Position numbers and translations under genes: made by a program. A model generated the notes under the pieces. That model saw only the letters and a program-made list of their open reading frames with translations, did no database searches and was not told the DNA's origin. DNA of 64,000 nucleotides. It comes from Nitrosopumilus sp. GTDB lineage: Archaea > Thermoproteota > Nitrososphaeria > Nitrososphaerales > Nitrosopumilaceae. The stretch is from positions 1,248,001 through 1,312,000 of the forward strand of contig OZ252243.1 of assembly GCA_965249555.1 (NCBI GenBank), in the 5' to 3' direction. The stretch's first letter is position 1. Every line of letters starts with the position of its first letter. Positions 41,415-51,217 of the stretch are shown here, one piece after another.

Positions 41415-42254
41415 CTAAACTGTTAAATTTGACCTTAGGCCCAGATCAAGAAACAAACTCCCATTCTCATTATAGTGTCTTTCAATCTTCCATGTCCCAT
41501 TCTTATCATACTGATTTGAAGATTTCTTTTTCCCATTCTCATGATATTGATCTTCTCTAGATAATTGTCCATTATCATGATATTCTTTATACAATTCCCT
41601 TTTTCCATTCTCTTGCCATTGTGATTCAAATCTTAATTTCCCATTTTCATAATATTCTTTTTTCCATTCCACGTTCTTATTTTCATTGTATTTTATTTCA
41701 ACTTTCAATTTTCCATTCTCATGATAGACTTTTTCCCATTTCAATTTCCCATTTTCATAGAATTCAGTTTCATCTTTTAATTCCTCATTTTCATGATATC
41801 GTTTACGCCATTTAGCATTCCCATTCTTATGGAATTCTGCTTCATCTCTCATTTTCCCATTCTCATGATAGATTTTTTCCAATTTCTTATTCTCATTTTC
41901 ATAGAATTCTATTACACATTTCAATTTCCCATTCTCATCATAACTATTACTATATTTTATATTTCCATTATCTTGGTATGTTTTTTCACCTTGTAATTTT
42001 CCATTTTTATAATACATTATTATAAATTCTATATTTCCATTCTCATGGTATTTCTTTTCATAACATAATTGTCCATTGTCATAAATCTGTTTTCTCCATG
42101 TCTTTTTTCCATTCTCACTATATCGTAATTCATAATTTAATAGTCCATTGTCATAATACTGTTTTTCCCATTCTCTACTTCCATTCCTACGAAAATGTAT
42201 TTCAGCTTTCAATTCCCCATTTTCATGATATTCTTTGTAAGGTTGTTTTCCCAT
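41415..42254 (-). CDS. MORN-variant repeat protein (YwqK antitoxin-like)
   Basis: About 11 copies of a 24-aa unit Y(H/Y)ENGKLK.E..Y.ENG...W.K. Confidence 0.85.
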   Translation of the reverse strand: MGKQPYKEYHENGELKAEIHFRRNGSREWEKQYYDNGLLNYELRYSENGKKTWRKQIYDNGQLCYEKKYHENGNIEFIIMYYKNGKLQGEKTYQDNGNIKYSNSYDENGKLKCVIEFYENENKKLEKIYHENGKMRDEAEFHKNGNAKWRKRYHENEELKDETEFYENGKLKWEKVYHENGKLKVEIKYNENKNVEWKKEYYENGKLRFESQWQENGKRELYKEYHDNGQLSREDQYHENGKKKSSNQYDKNGTWKIERHYNENGSLFLDLGLRSNLTV

Positions 42255-42747
42255 GATTGATCCTATTAGTTTGATAATCTAGTAATATTAGACTATTGTT
42301 AATATTTTGATTAGATGTTGATGGATTCAGTAATTTAGGCTCAAAATTAACAGTAATACTAACTCTAGTTTTAACTCTAAAATTCTAATTCCAGTTTGTT
42401 AAAGTGCTGCACATTTTAGATTTAGATTTTTGTTTGGATTTTTTCTTTGATTCAATCTCATCTAATCTTTGTTTTTTGGCTTGTTTTTCTAATCTCAATT
42501 TCTTAGTACTAATGACATTCCAAGAATTATCATAATAATGATAGTCATAATCGATGATATACTCCAACCAAAAAGTCCACTAGTCCTGTAAAATCTGGAT
42601 TGAATGGAGAGGGGGTTTATCCATACATTGAGCATTGATCCTCAATAGACCAGTTCCAAAAAACTGTTAATTTTGAATTTTCATGCCCAATTTAGATACA
42701 AAACATATTGGAAAACTGTTAAATTTCACACAGATTTTTACTCCTTT

Positions 42748-42869
42748 GGAGGAGTAATCAAGCCTGGCCAAAGTAAGCACTTTGTGCTTTTGGACATGCA
42801 GGACTTAAGATCAAATAATGGGTGATCCTGTCTTTCAGGAGTTCGCGGGTTCAAATCCCGCCTCCTCCA
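42748..42869 (+). tRNA. tRNA-Leu(TAA) with two introns (D-arm ~42774-42795; 37/38 at 42810-42824)
   Basis: Removing both inserts gives an 85-nt type II cloverleaf GGAGGAG...CAGGA-CTTAAGA-TCCTG...CTCCTCCA. The D-arm intron boundaries are approximate. Confidence 0.85.
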
Positions 42870-42874
42870 TTATT

Positions 42875-43261
42875 CTATTTTGGATGTTTGATTCCTCTAG
42901 CGTTTAGAACTTCGTAAACATCTGGCAGTGAAAACACAAAACCAACATGTACACAATCTTTTTCTTCACAAAGCTGGCAGAACAGTTCTCCTTTCTGAAC
43001 TGCAACTTCTGCGATTCTATCTTTGATATTATCTTTTAGTATTACACGATCATCATCTACAGAAATTTTTTCAATCTTTGGAGCATATCTTGCAAAGGTC
43101 TTGTCCTTCTGCATCATCCCCTCTAACATGTAAGTTACATAACCTGAAAAGCTGTTGACACCTTTCATTGCAAGGTTGTCTTTACTCTTTAGAAAAACAT
43201 CATGGAATTTATCATAAACAGTCTCTGAAACGGTAATTGATTTGAATCCGGCTTTTGGCAA
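42875..43261 (-). CDS. Hypothetical protein (RHH-like N-terminus, C-terminal CxxC...CxH)
   Basis: FKSITVSETVY; LFCQLCEEKDCVH. Confidence 0.75.
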   Translation of the reverse strand: MPKAGFKSITVSETVYDKFHDVFLKSKDNLAMKGVNSFSGYVTYMLEGMMQKDKTFARYAPKIEKISVDDDRVILKDNIKDRIAEVAVQKGELFCQLCEEKDCVHVGFVFSLPDVYEVLNARGIKHPK

Positions 43262-43400
43262 TTTACTTTTCCTTACCGTACAATAAGGTACTCAAGTATA
43301 TAATGTTTTATTTTGAAGGTGCTGTGGAAGTTGACTGTTGATAATATGCCTGTCACCCTTCTGTGTATTGGGTTACTCTTACATGGTACCATAAACTAGT

Positions 43401-44521
43401 ATGAAAGAATACATCTCAAGAGAAGAAAGAGCACAAAAACTCCTAGAGAATACAAATACCCATATCCTTAGAATTAATGACAGACACTTTCAACTCAAAT
43501 CACTTGCAACTAATCGAATCTATGATATAATGACAAAACTGCACAAGTGGTCTTGCACCTGTGCTGATCACAAGTATAGATTTGTAGAGTGTAAACACAT
43601 CAAAGCAATCAGAATTAGTATAGAATTAAAACAAGAAGCAAGAAAGAGAAACAAGGTTACAATCAGTCCACCATCAACTAATGAGTGCAGATACTGTTAT
43701 TCTGCTAATATCAAAAAATATGGAATCCTCAAAAACAAGTATGGAAATGTTCAGAGATACATCTGTAGAGGTTGTTCTAAGACATTCACATTTAATGCAG
43801 GATTTGAAGGGATGTGTTCTAGTCCTCAAACAATAACATCTGCATTACAGCTATATTTCACAGGCGAATCTCTTAGAAGCATACAGAAATTCTTGAAAAT
43901 AATACATGGAAGGAAGTATCACACAAGACAATCCACGTTTGGGTCAAAAAATACACAAAACTCATGGAAGATTATCTTGAAAATATCATTCCTTAAGTTG
44001 GTGACACATGGCGAGCTGACGAGGTTTACGTCAAGGTCAAGGGCGATAAAAAATACCTCTTTGCCCTAATGGATGATGAGACTAGATTTTGGTTTGCTCA
44101 AGAAGTAGCAGATTCCAAGTTCAAGCATGATGCAAGAAATCTCCTCAGAAAAGGAAAAGAAGCTATGCAGACAAAACCTAGAGTCTTTGTTACAGATGGG
44201 TTGCCAGCATATCATGATGCTTTCAAAAAGGAATATGGTGCAGTAAAAAAAGGCTCACCAATTCACATCAGACACATCTCTTTGAAAGGTGACAAAAATA
44301 ATAACAAAATGGAGAGGTTAAACGGAGAGTTGCGAGACAGGGAAAAGGTGATGAGGGGAATCAAAAAGAAAAACTGTAATCTTTGATGGCTGTCAGCTTT
44401 ATCACAATTATTTCAGACCTCATATGACCCTAAAGGGAAAGACTCCTGCCGAAGCCTGTGGGATTGAGATCAAGGGAACAATAAATGGATAACAGTAATT
44501 CAGAATGCTTGTAAAAAGTGA
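43401..44521 (+). pseudogene. IS6-family DDE transposase with N-terminal SWIM and Zn-ribbon, frameshifted
   Basis: CTCAD...CKHI; CRYC...CRGC; after a frameshift near 43910, WRADEVY...MDDETRF...VTDGLPAY...NNKMER. Further frameshifts near 44370 and 44478. Confidence 0.88.
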
Positions 44522-44566
44522 ATAAACACCCATTAATGAATACCTTATATCCGTAAGTGAGATATA

Positions 44567-45037
44567 ATGGAATTACGTATGAATAATGTGGATGAATTAG
44601 ACCGTGTTGTTGTCCTCATAAATGAAATGACCATTAAGGGAAATACACGTATACAAAAATATGGATTTTTGATGCATAAACTTTATTCTAAAGAATTACA
44701 TGGATTAAATTTCTACACCTATTGGAAACCTTATCTTTATGGACCATACAGTGAAGAATTAAGAAATGATTTAGAAACTTGTATAGACCAAAATTTAGTT
44801 ACAAAATTTATGAGTCCTACAACTACAGGACGTCAATTTTCAAATTATACTTTAACTACGAAAGGCAGAATGGCATTACGAAGAATTGCTGGCGATTATA
44901 ACATAATTAAAGAACTATATGAAAAGTTTACACAACTAAATAAAAAACCAATTACATCTGTTTTGAAAGAGATCTATCTTGCATATCCAGAATATACTGT
45001 GAAAAGTGAGATTAAAGAAACTATTGTGAATGATTAA
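44567..45037 (+). CDS. SocA/DUF4065(Panacea)-like winged-helix antitoxin-domain protein (IS passenger)
   Basis: GNTRIQKYGFL...WKPYLYGPYSEEL...Y.LT..G...IY..YPEY. Confidence 0.65.
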   Translation: MELRMNNVDELDRVVVLINEMTIKGNTRIQKYGFLMHKLYSKELHGLNFYTYWKPYLYGPYSEELRNDLETCIDQNLVTKFMSPTTTGRQFSNYTLTTKGRMALRRIAGDYNIIKELYEKFTQLNKKPITSVLKEIYLAYPEYTVKSEIKETIVND

Positions 45038-45614
45038 ACTTGAATTTGTATTTTATTCTGGTTAATTGAATTACAAAATGTGTTACAGGAGAAAATGCGA
45101 CAATTCCGATAATTATAAGTAAAATAGGAAAATTATCTGCAAAAAATCCAGTTGTTGCAAATGCTCCTGTTATGAACAAAGAACCCATGCAGAATATGTC
45201 TATGAGTATTCCATTTTGATTATTACCTTTTCTACGTCTTTTTACATCCGCTAATGCAATATGAAGTGACGAAATATAATCTGCAATCCATCGCACATTA
45301 TCTTTAAGGAATAGATTTTTATCTACTAGTTTTTCTTGATTTTCTAATTCACTTTCTATATCATCTCGTATGCTTTCAATTCTTTCTTCATGTCTTTTGT
45401 CGATGTAGACAAATCGTATTGTTAGTAAAATTCCTATAAATGTGATAGCACTACCAATTATGGCAAAAATTCCTACATTCCATGATATATTTTCAGATCC
45501 ATTTTGAGTGGAATCTGTCATATTTGTCGAAATAGTAGAATCTGTAACATCTTGTGCAAAAACAGGAAAAATCAAAGAGAACCCAATTAGAAAAAACAAG
45601 GATAGTTTAAGCAA
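45021..45614 (-). CDS. Membrane protein (signal peptide plus 3 TM; IS passenger)
   Basis: Hydrophobic segments flanking a charged coiled region; lies inside the TIRs. Confidence 0.7.
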   Translation of the reverse strand: MLKLSLFFLIGFSLIFPVFAQDVTDSTISTNMTDSTQNGSENISWNVGIFAIIGSAITFIGILLTIRFVYIDKRHEERIESIRDDIESELENQEKLVDKNLFLKDNVRWIADYISSLHIALADVKRRRKGNNQNGILIDIFCMGSLFITGAFATTGFFADNFPILLIIIGIVAFSPVTHFVIQLTRIKYKFKFNHSQ

Positions 45615-45805
45615 AGTATGATTAAATCAGAATATCTTTCAGTTAAACCTTATGTGTAATCACGCCAAATGTATTTGCATTTTCTCAACAACAGAAATGT
45701 AACAAGAAATCATTCTAAATCATATCAACAGCCAAGGTGACAGCACCATTTTGAAGGCGTTAGATGAAAATTAGTCTTTATACAATACCTTAATCAAAAA
45801 GCACT

Positions 45806-46699
45806 ATGGGTCGAGGCTATTCAACTGAAGAAATTAGAAAAAAACTGATTTTGACTTTGGCTGATTCTAAGACTGGAATGTCTGGAGTTGAGATTTCTGA
45901 AAAAATGAATGTCAATCGAATTACTATGGGAAAGTATCTCAAGGTTTTTGCAGTTGAAGGATTACTCCGACAAAAAAATATTGGAAACATTACATTATGG
46001 TTTTTAGAACCAGGACAAGAATCTTACAACTTTCCTGATGATTATTTCAAAATAACTCCCAAGTATCTTAATTATTTAATCAAAGGTTCTGAAGACCAAG
46101 TTTACTCTCTAATTCGTAACTGTCTGCATTCTGGAGCAACAGTAAATCGTTTGATACTTGAAGCAATTTTACCTGCCATTAATTCTGTCAAGAATTTGTA
46201 TGATGATGGTAAGATTGGGACATCTGAGCAAAATCTTCTCAGAACCACCATTTCAAAATCTCTTCAAATCTTTAATCAACTTCAAGTTGACTTGGATCCA
46301 AAAAAGAACGTAGTTGTAATATCCTCTGATACCCAAAGCCTCTTGTTTTCTGAAGCAGCATCATCTGCATATCATTCTGATGGCTGGAATGTTTCTCACT
46401 TGGGTGACATGTCTTCTGTAATCAATGTCTTGTTTGATCTTGATTTTCAAAAATTGATTGGAAAAGTTTGGAAACAAAAACCAGGAATTTTGATAGTAGT
46501 TGTATTCTCACAAACTGATGAAGGTCTGAACTTTTTTGCAGACGCTATAAATCCAATTAAAGAAAAATATGGAAAACATATGAAATTGGTACTTTGTGGA
46601 AGTACGTCCAAAAAGACTAAAATTGATTCTGATCTATTTTCTGAAAAATTTGAGGATATTCTGCAATGGTCTCAAACAGTATCTGAAAATATGAAATAA
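45806..46699 (+). CDS. HTH transcriptional regulator with B12-binding-like domain
   Basis: N-terminal wHTH GMSGVEISEKMNVNRITMGKYL; ILPAINSV..LYDDGKI cap; GWNVSHLG. Confidence 0.75.
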   Translation: MGRGYSTEEIRKKLILTLADSKTGMSGVEISEKMNVNRITMGKYLKVFAVEGLLRQKNIGNITLWFLEPGQESYNFPDDYFKITPKYLNYLIKGSEDQVYSLIRNCLHSGATVNRLILEAILPAINSVKNLYDDGKIGTSEQNLLRTTISKSLQIFNQLQVDLDPKKNVVVISSDTQSLLFSEAASSAYHSDGWNVSHLGDMSSVINVLFDLDFQKLIGKVWKQKPGILIVVVFSQTDEGLNFFADAINPIKEKYGKHMKLVLCGSTSKKTKIDSDLFSEKFEDILQWSQTVSENMK

Positions 46700-46708
46700 A
46701 TGACAAAA

Positions 46709-46783
46709 TGGGCCCGATGTGATTCGAACACATGACCTTTCGATTATCAGTCGAACGCTCCAGCCAAGCTGAGCTACGAGCCC
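46709..46783 (-). tRNA. tRNA-Ile(GAT)
   Basis: GGGCTCG...TTCGA-CTGATAA-TCGAA...CGGGCCCA. Confidence 0.96.
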
Positions 46784-47283
46784 ACGAACAATTCTCTAGG
46801 CAAGAGTCATTTAAATTTAATTTTCTTTCCACTTGATTGAACAGCCAATTGACGGATCAAAATCCTTTTCAATTTTTTCACCTGACAATAATTTTTGCAT
46901 ATTGTTAATCATTGTTTTTTCTGTAACTGCATCATCAGGCTTCATGGCATTATCAATTCTTCCATGAAAAACTAACTGTTTTTGGCTATTAAACAAGAAT
47001 GGGTCTGGAGTACACATTGCACCATATCTCTTGGCAATCTCTTGTGTTTCATCTACCAAATAATCAAATCCAAATCCTTTCTCTTCTGCTGTTTGTTTCA
47101 TAGCATCAAAACTATCCTCAGGATAATCAGTAGAATCATTACTGTTAATTCCTATAATGGCAATCTCTTTTCCAAATTTTTCATAGAGCTCATTTAATGC
47201 ATCAACTTTTGCTTTAACATATGGACAATGATTACACATGAAAATTACTAGAATTCCTTTGAAATTACCATAATCATTTAGAG

Positions 47284-48725
47284 GTATGAATCAAGCACTT
47301 AGATGTATTTTGCCATCTCAGAAAACATGTTCAATTCCCTTATTCTCCATGTCTCAAAGCATGTGAGAAAGACTGAGATCATCCTCATGCCCTGATCACT
47401 CTTCATCTGCCCGCGAACATTCCTCTGCATCACGCACTTTCGAATGGAATTCTCTGCATCATTGTTAGTTGACGGGACATCGCCATCCATGACAAACGTA
47501 AACATGCTGTTCCTTGCAGTCTTTAGCTTCTTGCCAAACTGAACCATCTCCATATCACCTTTCAAATATCGTGCAATGATACGGTCTAGCTGTTTTAGTA
47601 AATCATCCCTGTACGTTTCCCGCCGTTTTGTATGACGATTACCTACACTCCAAACCCTGGCATGACCTAGCATATCTGAGAGTTTCTCGTATAGAATCCT
47701 TGCCTTTTTGTCCTGTGATTTTATTGCCAGATATTTGGCATCGCGCTGCAGGTGTGCAGTGCATCTCTGCTTTGTGTTATCACAAAATACTGTCCTGTAC
47801 GGAGCATATCCGTCAGACACTAGGGTTCCTTTGAATTTCTTCCAGTACTTTTTTAGAACATTGGCACCTCTGCTGTACTCCAAGGCATACTGTGCACTAG
47901 TCTTGCTTCTTGCAACCCACATCCATCCAGTATTTCCATCAATTGAAAATCCTGTCTCATCGATTCCGAGAATATTTTCAGTCACGATTTCGCTGTGGAT
48001 TGTATTGTAAAATGACTCTAACATCACACTACCGTTGCGAAGAATGGATTGTACGGTTGTATTGCTGATTTCTAATCCATATCTTTCATAGAGTGTGGTT
48101 CTGATAGCATCGTATGTCAATCTCTTTGAGAACAGTGAGACGACCTCACGTATCACTGAACCATCAAAACATCCATGTAGTGGAAGGTTTCCCGTGGTTT
48201 GAAAATTATCAGAACAGTCCATGCAGATGTATTGATTCAAAACATGCTCAGTTATACCGTAGGGTGTTGGTGGAGGAATCTCAACCATTATCCTTTTGCA
48301 GGTTTTGGTTTGATGAATATTTTCACTACCGCATTTGGGACATGCATCTGATCTGTGGTGTTTGGTGCTAGTTGGTCTGAATTTCTGTGTCTTGCCAACG
48401 TGTCCTGCTATTCCACCACGTCTTGATTTGCCTGGCTGTCTGTGTTGTCTTTTTTGCTTTCTCCATTCAAGGGAATTCTTTGATGGCGGAGAGTGTGCAT
48501 TCTCATAATATGACAGCTTTTTTTGCAGTTCCTTGTTTGATTCTATGAGATTTTCTATGATTAGCGGTAGTTGTTTTAACTTTTCTTGCAGTTGTTTTAT
48601 CTCTGCTTGTAGCTGTATGATGATTTTCTCATGACCACAACCTGACATGTTTTGTATGATGATTTAGTTGATCTTAGATCTTTTTGTGTAATGATATTGA
48701 TTTGTGCGTGAAGGTTGATACATAC
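47284..48725 (-). mobile_element. IS66-family element (single-ORF, ISBst12-like), 1442 bp
   Basis: TIRs GTATGAATCAAGC / GTATGTATCAACC. 8-bp TSD ATTTAGAG at 47276-47283 and 48726-48733. Confidence 0.93.
47299..48648 (-). CDS. tnpC: IS66 transposase TnpC (intact)
   Basis: Coiled coil, HSPPS, CPKCG, IDETG, SDGYAPY, QRCTAHLQR, TNNDAENSIR. Confidence 0.93.
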   Translation of the reverse strand: MSGCGHEKIIIQLQAEIKQLQEKLKQLPLIIENLIESNKELQKKLSYYENAHSPPSKNSLEWRKQKRQHRQPGKSRRGGIAGHVGKTQKFRPTSTKHHRSDACPKCGSENIHQTKTCKRIMVEIPPPTPYGITEHVLNQYICMDCSDNFQTTGNLPLHGCFDGSVIREVVSLFSKRLTYDAIRTTLYERYGLEISNTTVQSILRNGSVMLESFYNTIHSEIVTENILGIDETGFSIDGNTGWMWVARSKTSAQYALEYSRGANVLKKYWKKFKGTLVSDGYAPYRTVFCDNTKQRCTAHLQRDAKYLAIKSQDKKARILYEKLSDMLGHARVWSVGNRHTKRRETYRDDLLKQLDRIIARYLKGDMEMVQFGKKLKTARNSMFTFVMDGDVPSTNNDAENSIRKCVMQRNVRGQMKSDQGMRMISVFLTCFETWRIRELNMFSEMAKYI

Positions 48726-48901
48726 ATTTAGAGAGTGTTTTTTGTCATCAATTCCTAATAATTCAAAATCAGGTGCAATATCCCCTGCTTTTAGCTTGAC
48801 TTGTGATTCTAAAAGTACCATGTAGAAACTATCTTGTTTTCAAATAAAATTCTTGTCAAGAAGACAACAATTAAAATCCACAGATTAACCATTCTTCGTA
48901 T

Positions 48902-48975
48902 GGGCCGGTAGTATAGCCTGGTAGTATACCCGCCTTGCACGCGGGGGGTCACGGATTCGAATTCCGTCCGGTCCA
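48902..48975 (+). tRNA. tRNA-Ala(TGC)
   Basis: GGGCCGG...CCCGC-CTTGCAC-GCGGG...CCGGTCCA. Confidence 0.96.
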
Positions 48976-49052
48976 CTTTTTATCATCTCCGATCTATGCT
49001 GAATTTCAGACTGCCGGATGGATTTAAATAGGATAAGTTCCGGTTTTACTCT

Positions 49053-49154
49053 ATGACAAGCGCAGCAGATGGATGGCCAGTATTTATTCCGCTCATTGTT
49101 GGTTTAGCACCAGGTTTGATTTACTGGATAGCAATTACCGCAAAGAGAAAATAA
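49053..49154 (+). CDS. Small membrane protein (33 aa)
   Basis: MTSAADGWPVFIPLIVGLAPGLIYWIAITAKRK; TTTAAATA at 49023 (leaderless spacing) and a T-tract after the stop. Confidence 0.65.
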   Translation: MTSAADGWPVFIPLIVGLAPGLIYWIAITAKRK

Positions 49155-49283
49155 AACTTACATCTTTTTAATCTCTTTTTATTATTTCATATGATAGTGT
49201 AGACTAGGTTAAACGTAGTTACCTTTCTTGTCCACTATATGATATGTTACACAAAATTAAACTACTATCTCAAAGAAATCTGT

Positions 49284-50351
49284 ATGCAGAAACTTGTTCC
49301 AAGTGTCTTTCTGATTTTACTCCTAGTTCCATTCTCACAAGCATTCTCTCAAGAATATTCAGACAATGCTCCCACACTCTCTGTATCCCTACAAAATGAA
49401 AGTCCTTTTGTATATCAGGACTCTGAGGGATATACCGTTGTAGTTGGGGTAGTTGAAAACACCAATTCACTGACTCCTGTAACTAATGTTAGAATTCAAG
49501 TGAACTTTTTTGATGATTTTGATTCTACTCCATTAGAAGCCCTAGTTGGCTATACCACACTCCAAGTGATTCCTCCTAATGGGCAATCTCCATTTGCTAT
49601 ACGTTCTGATACCCCAAATCCTAACATCACTCAGGCATCCATATCCCTTTTGGGATTTGATTCTTCAACATCAAAGTCAAAGGAACTTACAGTATTTTCT
49701 ACTGAGGTCTTTTTAGGTTCCACATTACAATTTTCTGGAGTTTTACGAAATGGAGGAGCTCCAAGTGCTGATACTAAAGTTCACCTTGCTTTCTATGATG
49801 GTTTTGAGCCACCACGAATACTTGGCGTCTCTACTATAGAACTTGGTAATATGGAACTAAACACTGAAGTTACTTTTGATCTTGATGAGAAAATTGATTC
49901 AAGAGCTGTAGGTGTTTTGTTATTTGCAGAATCTAGTGTTTTTTATTCTGATTTTGTTGATATAGCAATTTCTCCTTCTCAAGCCCATACAAAATTAGTA
50001 ATAATTTCTGATGTTAGTGTAGAAGATACAATGGGAAACAAACTATCTGAAATTCCAGTAGATTCAATTGTTAACATAAAAAGTAAAACTTTGATACAGT
50101 TTGCAGCAGATCAAGAATCTGACGAAACTGCATATACCTATTATGTACAAATCAAAGAATCTGGAGAAATGCCTTATGTTGAGTATATTGGAGAATTTGA
50201 TGGACGATTCATTGGAACAGGATTAGAAACTCAAAGCATAGACTGGATTCCAGAAAAAAAGGGATTATTTTTCATTGAGACATTTGTTTGGGATAAAAAC
50301 AACGTTCCAATAGCAGAACGTGGTCCTTTTGTTCTAATTATTGTAACCTAG
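49284..50351 (+). CDS. Exported hypothetical protein (Ig-like domains)
   Basis: Signal peptide from ATG 49284; VVGVVEN...V.F.D pattern; C-terminal WIPEKKG.F.IE.FVW. Confidence 0.75.
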   Translation: MQKLVPSVFLILLLVPFSQAFSQEYSDNAPTLSVSLQNESPFVYQDSEGYTVVVGVVENTNSLTPVTNVRIQVNFFDDFDSTPLEALVGYTTLQVIPPNGQSPFAIRSDTPNPNITQASISLLGFDSSTSKSKELTVFSTEVFLGSTLQFSGVLRNGGAPSADTKVHLAFYDGFEPPRILGVSTIELGNMELNTEVTFDLDEKIDSRAVGVLLFAESSVFYSDFVDIAISPSQAHTKLVIISDVSVEDTMGNKLSEIPVDSIVNIKSKTLIQFAADQESDETAYTYYVQIKESGEMPYVEYIGEFDGRFIGTGLETQSIDWIPEKKGLFFIETFVWDKNNVPIAERGPFVLIIVT

Positions 50352-50417
50352 ATTTAAAATCAAAACATATCTCAAAATCACACACCATTTAAATTCAAAA
50401 AGAATCTGCTGTAATGA

Positions 50418-51140
50418 GTGCTGATTAAGAGGTTTAACAAAATTTTCATTATTACTGTGATGTCATTATTTGTTGTATCTTTATCAAGTTCGCAGGCATT
50501 AGGTTACGGTGGTCCTCCTGAACAGAGCAGTGCTAACAATTACACTGTAGAGATATACTCTGAAAATGAATCATATAATCTTGGAGACACAATAACATTT
50601 TCTGGTAGTGTCAACAAATATGATGAAGATAGAAATTTACGAATTTCGATTTTTGATTCTAGTAATAACTTTATTGTAACTCAAAAAACTTCAGTCAATA
50701 CTGATGGTACATTCTTACATAGCGTAATACTAAATGAGAAATTCTCTGATGGGAAATTTATAGTCAAAGCTCAATATGGAAGTTCAAAAGCAACAGTAGA
50801 AAAAATGTCATTTGTAATAAATCCTAATGGTGCTGCATCTATGGAACAAAAATTATCTACCGATGCAGAAATCCCTGATTGGATTAAGAGTAATGCTGGA
50901 TGGTGGGCAGATGGTAAGATTGATGACAATTCATTTGTACAAGGAATTCAGTTCTTGATAAAAGAAGGATTGATGAAAATACCTGCTACTGAACAAGGTT
51001 CAGTTTCACAAGATAACCAAATCCCTGATTGGATTAAGAGTAATGCTGGATGGTGGGCAGATGGTAAGATTGATGACAATTCATTTGTACAAGGAATTCA
51101 GTTCTTGATAAAAGAAGGATTGATGAAAATATCAAATTAA
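50418..51140 (+). CDS. Exported protein with two thaumarchaeal IPDWIKSNAGWW C-terminal repeats
   Basis: Signal peptide, Ig-like domain and a duplicated C-terminal motif. Confidence 0.8.
   Translation: MLIKRFNKIFIITVMSLFVVSLSSSQALGYGGPPEQSSANNYTVEIYSENESYNLGDTITFSGSVNKYDEDRNLRISIFDSSNNFIVTQKTSVNTDGTFLHSVILNEKFSDGKFIVKAQYGSSKATVEKMSFVINPNGAASMEQKLSTDAEIPDWIKSNAGWWADGKIDDNSFVQGIQFLIKEGLMKIPATEQGSVSQDNQIPDWIKSNAGWWADGKIDDNSFVQGIQFLIKEGLMKISN
50869..51131 (+). repeat. Exact 113-bp direct repeat (period 150)
   Basis: 50869-50981 is identical to 51019-51131. Confidence 0.9.
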
Positions 51141-51217
51141 CATAAAATAATTTTAATTTAGTTACAAACCTATCTCAAAACTAGAACTTTTATTTTCAAA
51201 GAAATCTATACATTTGC

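Larger units (their letters stand above)
43318..45747 (+). mobile_element. IS6-family element with passenger genes (2430 bp)
   Basis: Imperfect TIRs GGTGCTGTggaagTTGaCTGTTGATA / GGTGCTGTcaccTTGgCTGTTGATA. 8-bp TSD ATTTTGAA at 43310-43317 and 45748-45755. Confidence 0.88.
46817..48821 (-). pseudogene. Thioredoxin/AhpC-TSA family protein interrupted by IS66
   Basis: The 5' part MVLLESQ...APDFELLGIDDKKHSLN (48821-48726) joins in frame to DYGNFKGILVIFMCNHCPYV...IGCSIKW (47275-46817) once the IS and one TSD copy are removed. Confidence 0.92.

Noticed and set aside
42385-42690. 60-aa ORF and upstream fragments
   Set aside because: No recognisable motif and frames are broken; at most a pseudogene remnant.
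48597-48821. 74-aa ORF as an independent gene
   Set aside because: It is the 5' part of the thioredoxin-family gene reading into the IS66 end.
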